Positions 20,091 through 26,927 of a DNA stretch of 58,452 bases are shown one piece after another; the first letter of the stretch is position 1; every line of letters begins with the position of its first letter. The position numbers were made by a program, and so were the translations under genes. Source of the DNA: a virus (Duplodnaviria; Caudoviricetes); IMG/VR virus record IMGVR_UViG_3300024430_000001, positions 1 to 58,452 of that record; one strand, 5' to 3'. Below the pieces are notes generated by a model that was given only the letters and a program-made list of their open reading frames with translations, ran no database searches and was not told the origin of the DNA.

Positions 20091-20501
20091 ATGACCACAC
20101 CCACGAAGAACCGGCCGTGGTTCGGCCGCGACCCCGCGTTGTGGATCAACGCGATCAGCATTTTCCTCATGATCGGCGTCGGTTTCGGGCTGCCCATCAA
20201 CGATGGCCTGTCCGCAGGTATCGTCGCGCTCCTGACGGTAGGCGCGACGACGTGGACTGCCGTGCACACCCGGCCGTGGGCGCCCACCATCTTCACTGGT
20301 CTCATCGGCGCGGGCGCGGCGCTTCTGGCCGAGTTCGGGCTGGATGCGACGCAGGAACAGGTGTCGATGATCGCGGCTGGGGTGTCGGCGGTGCTGATGC
20401 TCATCGCCCGCAACCAGATCACCCCGTCCCATGACCCGCGACCGCTCACTGCGGCGGCAGCGGTAGTCCACGGACCGCCCGACTCGGAGCTTCGGCGGTA
20501 G
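20091..20501 (+). CDS. Holin-like 4-TM protein
   Basis: FGRDPALW N-terminus and RNQITP motif typical of actinophage holins. Confidence 0.72.
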   Translation: MTTPTKNRPWFGRDPALWINAISIFLMIGVGFGLPINDGLSAGIVALLTVGATTWTAVHTRPWAPTIFTGLIGAGAALLAEFGLDATQEQVSMIAAGVSAVLMLIARNQITPSHDPRPLTAAAAVVHGPPDSELRR

Positions 20502-20593
20502 ACTGGAGGCAGGTGCGGGGGTTCCGGTAGTTGCGTGCTGCGTGACATCCGTCCCAGCGGCGGCGAGATGCCGGCCCCGACCTGTCCAGCGTT

Positions 20594-20625
20594 GCGCCCG
20601 TCCTCTTCGGAGGGCGGGCGCTTCT
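20594..20625. terminator. Hairpin terminator
   Basis: GCGCCCGTCCTC-TTCG-GAGGGCGGGCGC-TTCT. Confidence 0.75.
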
Positions 20626-20810
20626 GCGCGTTCCGGTGTTGTCACCTTAGCGATGTCACCCGGAGGTGAGAGAATTTCTTGGGCATGAAAACGGCCCGGT
20701 CGGCTGCCTGCCTACCCAGCGGCGGCCGTCCCGGACCGATGCCTTGGCTGACGAGCAGATTTAGGTGGCCTCGCCAGCTTCACCCCTCTACCGAAGGGAA
20801 CCCCACAACT

Positions 20811-21611
20811 ATGCACCAACTGAACCTTGTGGCCAACACTCTCGATCAACTTCGTTGTGAAGATGAGACCGGAGAGTGGTGGCTAGCCCGCTCCCTGATG
20901 CCCGTCATGGGCTACGTCAAGTGGGAGAACTTCGAGGAAGTGATCACGCGCGCCCGTGCGGCGGCGCGTAACTCCGGCCTCGACCCTGATCAGCATGCTT
21001 CCCGGCTCCAGGAAGTTGGGACGAAGTGGACACCGGGCGCAGGTGGTCGGGTTGACTACCGGCTCACCCGCTACGGCGCCTATCTGCTGGCAATGAACGG
21101 CGACCCGCGTAAGCCGGAGATCGCTGGGGCGCAGACCTACTTCGCGGTCAAGACCCGCGAGGCGGAGGCCGCGGCCCTGATCCCGTCTCCACGGCGGCCC
21201 CTCACCAACCGCGAGCTGGCCCTGATGGTCATCGAGGAAGCTGACCGGGCCGACCGGGCGGAGGCCGCGCTGGGGATCACCCAGCCGAAGGCGGAGGCAT
21301 ACGACGTCTTCCTCGACGCGGACGGCACCTACTCCTTTGAGCAGGTCGCCAAGATGCTGCATGCCGAGACCGGGCTGGGGCGCAACAATTTGATGAAGCG
21401 GCTGCGGGAACTCGGCGTGCTCGAGAAGAACAACGTCCCCTATCAGCGTCACCTCGAGCACTTCCACGTCGTCGCCCAGCACTTCGAGGGCGCAGACGGG
21501 CGACGCCGCGTCACCCACACCACCCGGGTCTATCCGTCCGGAGTGGACTTCATTCGACGCAAGGTGCTCGCCGGGCGCGGCATGCTGACCCCGGCTCTTA
21601 TGTCCCCCTAG
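20811..21611 (+). CDS. Antirepressor (DinD/Bro-like N-terminus plus KilA-C domain)
   Basis: WWLARSLMPVMGYVKWENF, LTRYGAYLLAMNGDPRKPEIA.AQTYFA, PKAEAYDVF, GRNNL..LR, PYQRH motifs. Confidence 0.9.
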   Translation: MHQLNLVANTLDQLRCEDETGEWWLARSLMPVMGYVKWENFEEVITRARAAARNSGLDPDQHASRLQEVGTKWTPGAGGRVDYRLTRYGAYLLAMNGDPRKPEIAGAQTYFAVKTREAEAAALIPSPRRPLTNRELALMVIEEADRADRAEAALGITQPKAEAYDVFLDADGTYSFEQVAKMLHAETGLGRNNLMKRLRELGVLEKNNVPYQRHLEHFHVVAQHFEGADGRRRVTHTTRVYPSGVDFIRRKVLAGRGMLTPALMSP

Positions 21612-21625
21612 GGCTCGGTCACCCT

Positions 21626-21657
21626 GCGCCCGCCCTCCGAAGAGGGCGGGCGCTTCT
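21626..21657. terminator. Hairpin terminator
   Basis: GCGCCCGCCCTC-CGAA-GAGGGCGGGCGC-TTCT. Confidence 0.75.
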
Positions 21658-21668
21658 GCTATTGCCCC

Positions 21669-21697
21669 TTGCGCTAATAAACGGCGTCGTTTATTCT
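21669..21697 (+). promoter_or_regulatory. Promoter with overlapping palindromic operator
   Basis: TTGCGC-N17-TATTCT, with AATAAACG-gcgt-CGTTTATT (21676-21695) covering the spacer and -10. Confidence 0.75.
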
Positions 21698-21744
21698 GGG
21701 TGTACGGCCGCAGGGAGTGGCCCGGACCCGAAGGAGCAGCCGCA

Positions 21745-22047
21745 ATGCCGATCACGACCACCATCTTTGGCCAGGACACCCGCCACGCCGAGCCGAGGCC
21801 CGAGATGAGGCCCGAGATCTCAGCCGAGTTTTACGCCGCGCTCGCCGCTGCCGGAGTCACGGCGGACGCAGAGATTGAGCCCGACGGCCAAATCACCATC
21901 GAGACCAACTGCACCCAGATATGCGTAGGTGCAGAGGACGGCTGGATCACCGCCACCGCACGGTACGCCGACGACACTGAGGCGATGATCTACGAGGGTG
22001 AGTCGCTGACCGACCTGGCGGCGGCGATCGCCCGGACGCTGCGGTGA
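21745..22047 (+). CDS. Small acidic hypothetical protein (candidate anti-defence effector)
   Basis: AAGGAG RBS, 100 aa, Asp/Glu-rich; first gene after the operator-bearing promoter. Confidence 0.7.
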   Translation: MPITTTIFGQDTRHAEPRPEMRPEISAEFYAALAAAGVTADAEIEPDGQITIETNCTQICVGAEDGWITATARYADDTEAMIYEGESLTDLAAAIARTLR

Positions 22048-22277
22048 GCCAGGCCGCACGCCGACCCGGCCGTCCGGGCCTGGGCGACCGGGTCGCAGTC
22101 CGCCTGGACCCCGAAGTCCGCGCCGGTCTCGCCCGGTGGGCTGAGGGCCGGCCGGACGTCGACCGCAGGCGCGGGCGACCGGTCGAGGCTGACGCCGTCC
22201 GGGTAATCGTCGAGGAGCGGCTGGCGGCTGAGGGCATCCTCCGGCCGGGGGACGCTACGAGCGCGTCGGAGTGCTAA
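22044..22277 (+). CDS. Ribbon-helix-helix DNA-binding protein
   Basis: GRPGLGDRVAVRLDP beta-ribbon followed by two helices; GTGA overlap with the upstream gene. Confidence 0.7.
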   Translation: MSQAARRPGRPGLGDRVAVRLDPEVRAGLARWAEGRPDVDRRRGRPVEADAVRVIVEERLAAEGILRPGDATSASEC

Positions 22278-22294
22278 CCTGGGACAGTTCGTTG

Positions 22295-22443
22295 TTCATT
22301 GAGGTTTGGTTGCGGGTGGCGCCCAGCGTCCCGGTAATCCCGTCGCGGGACTAACTGTCCCGCCCTTCATTGAGGAGTGGTCGTCTTCGACGTGCCAGCC
22401 TGAGCACGATGCTGCGGGGCTCGCCCCCGCCCTTCGCTGATAG
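22295..22443 (+). CRISPR. CRISPR-like mini-array 1 (type I-G-like repeats, 2 spacers)
   Basis: Partial repeat TTCATTGAGG (22295-22304); 37-nt spacer; full repeat GTC-GCGGGAC-TAACT-GTCCCGC-CCTTCATTGAGG (22342-22375); 35-nt spacer; degenerate repeat GCT-GCGGGG-CTCGC-CCCCGC-CCTTCGCTGATAG (22411-22443). Confidence 0.72.
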
Positions 22444-22479
22444 AAGCGCCCGCTTTCCCGTAGGAGAGCGGGCGCTTCT
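22442..22479. terminator. Bidirectional terminator
   Basis: AGAAGCGCCCGCTTTCC-CGTA-GGAGAGCGGGCGCTTCT between convergent transcription units. Confidence 0.8.
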
Positions 22480-22505
22480 GCTCATTGCGAGATGGGGGTT
22501 GCGGT

Positions 22506-22811
22506 CTAGCCTCGCTGCCGGATGCCGCGCTCGGCCAGCAGGTGGCGGTTGCGGACGCCAGTCTTGGACATGCCGAGGCGGGCGGCGATCTGGCGGTAGG
22601 ACCAGCCGAGGCCGCGCAATCGCAGGATCTCCGTATCGGGGATGTCGACGCGTCCCCGTGGCCCGCGTCGACGGGTGGGCACTTTGCCGTGGATGGCTTT
22701 CCAGAGGGTCTTGCTGTGGCGGATGCCGAGTTCGTCGATGATCTCGCGCAGGGTGCGGCCCTTGCGGTAGAGCCGCACCGCTTGTGTGGTCTGTCGGGCT
22801 GTGAGCGGCAT
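22506..22811 (-). CDS. Double helix-turn-helix protein
   Basis: GRTLREIIDELGI and GWSYRQIAARLGMSKTGVRN HTH motifs. Confidence 0.75.
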   Translation of the reverse strand: MPLTARQTTQAVRLYRKGRTLREIIDELGIRHSKTLWKAIHGKVPTRRRGPRGRVDIPDTEILRLRGLGWSYRQIAARLGMSKTGVRNRHLLAERGIRQRG

Positions 22812-22837
22812 GCATCGATGCTATGCCGCAATGAGGA

Positions 22838-23149
22838 TCAGGCGCGGCAGGGCTCGCGGTATTTGTTGAGGTCGGACCCTTTGAGGACGACGATGGTGTC
22901 GATCTCGGTGCAGTCGTCGTCGCCCTCGGCGTAGTCCCGCGCGATAGCCTGCGCGGCCGCGCGCTCGTCGAGGTAGCCGCCTCCGGCGAAGTTGGCCGAC
23001 TGGTACTGGGTGCTGTCCCAGCGGTCCGGGTCGTAGCTGTCGTTGATCGACCAGTTGCACGACACGCCGACCTCGGGTCGGGTGGGGTCGAAGGCCATCA
23101 GGAATGCCTGGTCGTCGGTGAGGGTGACGCGGTAGATGTTGCGGCTCAT
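22838..23149 (-). CDS. Small acidic hypothetical protein
   Basis: AGGAG RBS, 103 aa, Asp-rich; divergent from the RHH gene at 23242. Confidence 0.72.
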   Translation of the reverse strand: MSRNIYRVTLTDDQAFLMAFDPTRPEVGVSCNWSINDSYDPDRWDSTQYQSANFAGGGYLDERAAAQAIARDYAEGDDDCTEIDTIVVLKGSDLNKYREPCRA

Positions 23150-23183
23150 GGCTTCTCCTGGGTGAGGGGTGGCGCTTCAACGG

Positions 23184-23239
23184 AATAAATGTACCACACT
23201 TAAAGACGACTTGGCAAGAATAGGTGTGGTACATTTATT
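23184..23239. promoter_or_regulatory. 16-bp perfect inverted-repeat operator in a divergent promoter region
   Basis: AATAAATGTACCACAC (23184-23199) N24 GTGTGGTACATTTATT (23224-23239). Confidence 0.8.
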
Positions 23240-23241
23240 GC

Positions 23242-23460
23242 GTGAGCGAGGAGAAGAAGCGCAGAGGAAGACCCGCCACCGGCGTGACCCCCAAGCGCAA
23301 CCTGCGAGTCGGCCCGGTCTGGGATGAGGCAGCCGCGATCGCCGAGGCGCGCGGCGAAACCATCACCGACGTGGCCCGGCCCATCCTGGAACGCGGCTTG
23401 CGCCGCTACATCCGGCAGCACGGGCAGGAGGGGGTTGGCGACCAATCGGCGACGGGGTAG
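23242..23460 (+). CDS. Ribbon-helix-helix DNA-binding protein
   Basis: RGRPATGVTPKRNLRV..VWDEA...GETITDV...L.RYI motif; probably leaderless GTG start. Confidence 0.8.
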   Translation: MSEEKKRRGRPATGVTPKRNLRVGPVWDEAAAIAEARGETITDVARPILERGLRRYIRQHGQEGVGDQSATG

Positions 23461-23461
23461 T

Positions 23462-23557
23462 GTGACGGCACTGGTTCGCCAGTCCTCATTGCGATCTGAT
23501 CGCACCGCACGTCCGTGAGACGGGTGGTTCCCGGCCGAGGCCGGGCCTCTTTGCGAT
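23462..23557 (+). CRISPR. CRISPR-like mini-array 2 (two divergent hairpin repeats, one short spacer)
   Basis: GTGACGGC-ACTGG-TTCG-CCAGT-CCTCATTGCGAT (23462-23495); 28-nt spacer; GTGGTT-CCCGGC-CGAG-GCCGGG-CCTCTTTGCGAT (23524-23557); both units 34 nt. Confidence 0.62.
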
Positions 23558-23559
23558 TT

Positions 23560-23598
23560 GCGCCCCACCCGGCACGTAGCCGGGTGGGGCGCTCTTTC
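23560..23598 (+). terminator. Hairpin terminator after mini-array 2
   Basis: GCGCCCCACCCGGC-ACGTA-GCCGGGTGGGGCGC-TCTTTC. Confidence 0.8.
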
Positions 23599-23835
23599 GT
23601 ATCCGGTCCTGGTCTGCCAGGCTCGCCGGTATGCCGTCTCCATCCGATCCGCGTCCCGCTGATCCTGTCGCACCTCCCGCCGAGGCGGTGTGCTGTGGCC
23701 GGGGGTCGTGGGCGCCGAAAGCCGGGGCTCCGCTGGTGGTGGGATGCCAGCTGTGCAAGCTCTCGCCGACGTACTGGCGCAAACAGTCCGCCCCCGCCGC
23801 CTCGGAGTGAGGCAGGCGGGGGCGGTTCTGTCGTG

Positions 23836-24120
23836 TCAGTCGGCGGCGGCGCGCTCGACCGTGGCGTACATACCGGTGTCGCCGAACTCCCAGTCTTCAG
23901 TGCGCGACCAGCCCTGCTCAGACAGGATTCGGTCTGCCGCTTCGCCAGCCGCTTCGGTGCCGTCCCGTCCAGGCACGCCGGTGTCGGCGTCGCCCATCGC
24001 CATCTCGCCCGTCATGTCCTGCCCTGTGCCGGACAGGTCGTCGGCCATCTCGTAGACGCCGACTTCGTAGGTCGCATCGGGGGCGATCTCGGTCAATATG
24101 GCTGCCTGGTGCATTTTCAT
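23836..24120 (-). CDS. Very acidic small hypothetical protein
   Basis: GAGGA RBS, 94 aa, Asp/Glu-rich; flanked by hairpins. Confidence 0.7.
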   Translation of the reverse strand: MKMHQAAILTEIAPDATYEVGVYEMADDLSGTGQDMTGEMAMGDADTGVPGRDGTEAAGEAADRILSEQGWSRTEDWEFGDTGMYATVERAAAD

Positions 24121-24191
24121 GGTCGGGTTCCTCTCGCGTTTGGGTGCGCCCCGTCCGGCTGTTGCGAGCCGGACGGGGCGATTTTGTCATG

Positions 24192-24695
24192 TCAGCCGAT
24201 CGGGTTCGGCATCCACTTCATGCCCCACCACTCGTGGTGGTCGTCGGGGATGACGGTGCTGATGCCGTGCTGGCCGGGCATGTCCTGCCAGCCGTCGGCG
24301 AGCATGAGCTTTCGAGGGTGCTCGTACACCCACGATTCCGCCATCACGCCGAGTCTGGTGATGAGGGGCTGTGTCGTGTCGTGGACCAGCTCGTAGACGT
24401 CGGTGCCGATGTCGTCAAGCCGGTAGCCGCGGCGGACGTAGGCGTTACGCACCAGGATCACCACGCGAAGGCCGCCGATCTCGCCGTCCCAGCGGAGGGT
24501 GGGGCGCAGGAGACGCCATGCAGCCGGTGTGCCGTCGACGGTCGCGATGACCATCCAGTCGCCGGGACGGTCGTCGAGCCGGCTTTCAGCGTCACGCAGC
24601 ATGTCGTAGGCGAGACCGATGTCATCGCGTAGGGGGTCGACGAGTGCCCGGTAGCGGGGGTCGCCGTACTCCAGCGTCAGGGCTTCGATCTTCAA
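24192..24695 (-). CDS. Hypothetical protein, possible GNAT-fold acetyltransferase
   Basis: GGGAG RBS plus TTG; NAYVRRGYR...IGT resembles acetyl-CoA motif A. Confidence 0.5.
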   Translation of the reverse strand: MKIEALTLEYGDPRYRALVDPLRDDIGLAYDMLRDAESRLDDRPGDWMVIATVDGTPAAWRLLRPTLRWDGEIGGLRVVILVRNAYVRRGYRLDDIGTDVYELVHDTTQPLITRLGVMAESWVYEHPRKLMLADGWQDMPGQHGISTVIPDDHHEWWGMKWMPNPIG

Positions 24696-24760
24696 TGTGG
24701 CTCCCTCTATGGTTGGGGAGCCACCCCGAGGTGATACCAGCATCTCGGGGTGGCGTCTTA

Positions 24761-24892
24761 TTACTGGCCGGTCAGTTTCTTGAGCGTGCCGTCCGGCTGT
24801 CGCTCCCAGATGCCCGCCTCGGCCCGCTTGCGCGGCTCCTGCTGGGAGCCCTGGTGGTTGTCGCCGCTGGGTTTCTCGTCCTTCTTGGCCAT
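24761..24892 (-). CDS. 43-aa charged peptide (below ORF-track cutoff)
   Basis: GGGAGG RBS, MAKKDEKPSGDNHQGSQQEPRKRAEAGIWERQPDGTLKKLTGQ, followed by a hairpin. Confidence 0.6.
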   Translation of the reverse strand: MAKKDEKPSGDNHQGSQQEPRKRAEAGIWERQPDGTLKKLTGQ

Positions 24893-24917
24893 GCCGGCCA
24901 CCCTCCCTGTGTCTTGG

Positions 24918-25235
24918 CTACTGCTGGTCGGGCTGCCGGATGGTCAGACCCCGCTGTACGAGCAGGTCGAGCACCTGCGCCGCGTGGGCTTCCGGGCTGA
25001 GGTCGCCTCGGTCGACGGCTTCGACCTCGGCGGCCATCTCGGGCGTGACCCCCGTGAGGATCAGCGGCCGGGCCTCGGCCGGGTAGTAGCCCAGGCTCGC
25101 CCACTGTGCGGCGACCTCCGGAGTGACCCGCGGGTCCATTCGGTACCAGTCCCCGCCGATGCGGGGCGTTGCGAGCTGTTCGGCCAGGCGGCAGTAGATC
25201 CGGACGTATGCCCAGGTCTCTTTGATGGCGTCCAT
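24918..25235 (-). CDS. Hypothetical protein
   Basis: GAGGGAG RBS; first gene downstream of repeat-promoter copy 1. Confidence 0.7.
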   Translation of the reverse strand: MDAIKETWAYVRIYCRLAEQLATPRIGGDWYRMDPRVTPEVAAQWASLGYYPAEARPLILTGVTPEMAAEVEAVDRGDLSPEAHAAQVLDLLVQRGLTIRQPDQQ

Positions 25236-25267
25236 TGGACTCCCTCTGTGTAGTTTTCAATCCCCCG

Positions 25268-25336
25268 TGCTTGTGCCTACAGCCTAACCCATCCTCCGTA
25301 ACATACGCAACATACATAAGTGTCAGCTAGGCGACA
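25268..25336 (-). repeat. 69-bp perfect direct repeat copy 1, containing a promoter
   Basis: Identical to 26371-26439; minus strand has TTGCGT-N18-TAGGCT and tandem TATGTTGCG/TATGTTACG. Confidence 0.9.
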
Positions 25337-25803
25337 GAACGTGCGGAGCGGTCGTGCTTCGCAGCGATCCCCCACAGGTCGATCTCGCCGATGGCCTGCC
25401 GAATCTCCGGTACGGCAGCGTGCCATGCCTCCGTCCCGTCATACGGGCCGTAGATCATCTCGCCGTGGAGGGTGACCCCATCCGGCAGCACCGAAGCCAC
25501 GGCCTGCCGAAACTCCTCGACAACCGCGGCGACCTCAAAGCCGTCGTCGGTGATGCCAGCCAGAGCGACGTAGTCCTCCAGGTTATCTGAGCTATCGCCC
25601 ATGAGCAGGTGCCAGTTGCCGAACTCTGTGGTCGCTCCGGCGTCCGGGTCGACTGAGGGCGTCTCCTCCGGCTCGTAGGGGCTAACCAGCGCCACGGGCC
25701 GGCCGTAGTGGGTGATGACCACCTCGTCGCCGCGGATGATCGCGTTAAGCATGTCGCGCCACCCCCGCTGGATATCGGTCGACTTCATATCGATGCGGGC
25801 CAT
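25327..25803 (-). CDS. Phd/YefM-like DNA-binding domain fused to an acidic domain
   Basis: STDIQRGWRDMLNAIIRGDEVVITHYGRPVALVSPY matches the prevent-host-death antitoxin pattern. Confidence 0.75.
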   Translation of the reverse strand: MARIDMKSTDIQRGWRDMLNAIIRGDEVVITHYGRPVALVSPYEPEETPSVDPDAGATTEFGNWHLLMGDSSDNLEDYVALAGITDDGFEVAAVVEEFRQAVASVLPDGVTLHGEMIYGPYDGTEAWHAAVPEIRQAIGEIDLWGIAAKHDRSARSVA

Positions 25804-25895
25804 GATGTCTTGTCCTGTCTGCGAAATGGCGGTTATGGATTCCCCACGCAGCCGCGTCGGGATCTCAGCTTCATCCCGACGCGGCTGCATTGTGA

Positions 25896-26354
25896 TCACA
25901 GCTGCTCGAATGCTTCCCCGAAGTACTCGCCGTCCGGCAGCAGCTCTTCGGAAGCACTAACCCGCACCCGGTCACCCACCTGCACGGGGCGCATCTCCGG
26001 TTTGTAAACCGCGCCGCCAAGATCCCCGATGACCGTGACCGTCTGGTCTCCGGCCTCGATTGTCAGCCGCGGCATGCTGCCGTACGGCCCCCGCTCCTGC
26101 GTGATGACCGCGACGGTGCCCTCGATCTGCCAGCGGATGTGGGTGGTCACGTGCTCGGTGCCGCGCCAATCTTTGCGGCGCGTCTTAATTTCCACCTGCT
26201 TGATCATTGCGTGCTCCTCGGCGGTGGGGAGGGAGGCGGGCTCGATGACCCATGCGCGACCGGCTTTAACGGCCTGGATGCGGCCGGTCCGACACCAGCG
26301 GCGAACGGTCGTGACGCTGACCTGGACTTTCTCGGCTGCCTGCGCGGTGTTCAT
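25896..26354 (-). CDS. Excisionase/MerR-like HTH fusion protein
   Basis: MNTAQAAEKVQVSVTTVRRWCRTGRIQAVKAGRAWVI; GGGAGG RBS. Confidence 0.8.
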   Translation of the reverse strand: MNTAQAAEKVQVSVTTVRRWCRTGRIQAVKAGRAWVIEPASLPTAEEHAMIKQVEIKTRRKDWRGTEHVTTHIRWQIEGTVAVITQERGPYGSMPRLTIEAGDQTVTVIGDLGGAVYKPEMRPVQVGDRVRVSASEELLPDGEYFGEAFEQL

Positions 26355-26370
26355 CTGGACCTCCCTCTCT

Positions 26371-26439
26371 TGCTTGTGCCTACAGCCTAACCCATCCTCC
26401 GTAACATACGCAACATACATAAGTGTCAGCTAGGCGACA
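26371..26439 (-). repeat. 69-bp perfect direct repeat copy 2, containing a promoter
   Basis: Identical to 25268-25336. Confidence 0.9.
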
Positions 26440-26540
26440 TGAGCCGGAGATGCATCGCCGTCCAGTGACGAGGTCGCCGCGCTGCTCCTGCGTCAGGGCA
26501 TGCACGGCGACCTCATCGACGCTGAGGACTAAGCGGCTGA

Positions 26541-26927
26541 CTAGTCGTTGAGCAGCGGCGCCCACGCCTGCCGCAACGCGCCAAGGATCCGCGGCCCGCG
26601 CAGCCACTCCAGCACCTCGCGTTCCTGCCGGTAGTCGATGGGGCACTGGTAGCAGATTCGGCGGCTGGACGTCAGGAGAAAGACGTTGAACACCTGCTCG
26701 TCCCGATCCTCCCCTGCCATAAAGAAGCCGTCGTGGAGCGGGTGGGTGGCGTCGTACCACTCCCAGGCGTATACCTGGTTGAGCGTTGGCGCAAGGGCGT
26801 CTATCCGTGACCTGAGATCGGCGAAGCTCGCGCAGCGGTTCAGATTTTCCGAGTCGTCAGCCACAATCGGCCGACTCACTTCCCACAGATGCACCGGCTC
26901 ATCCTCTCTCACGTCGCGTCTGACCAC
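26541..26927 (-). CDS. Hypothetical protein
   Basis: Last gene of leftward operon; start uncertain. Confidence 0.6.
   Translation of the reverse strand: MVRRDVREDEPVHLWEVSRPIVADDSENLNRCASFADLRSRIDALAPTLNQVYAWEWYDATHPLHDGFFMAGEDRDEQVFNVFLLTSSRRICYQCPIDYRQEREVLEWLRGPRILGALRQAWAPLLND

Noticed and set aside
22480-22490. CTCATTGCG after the 22442-22479 hairpin as a fourth CRISPR repeat
   Set aside because: The stem is too long and out of period, and the tail resembles other terminator tails here (TTCTGCTATTGC at ~21654); left as ambiguous
25268-26439. 69-bp repeats as a CRISPR array or IS ends
   Set aside because: Too long, 1.1 kb apart, direct orientation, contain a promoter, and no transposase is present
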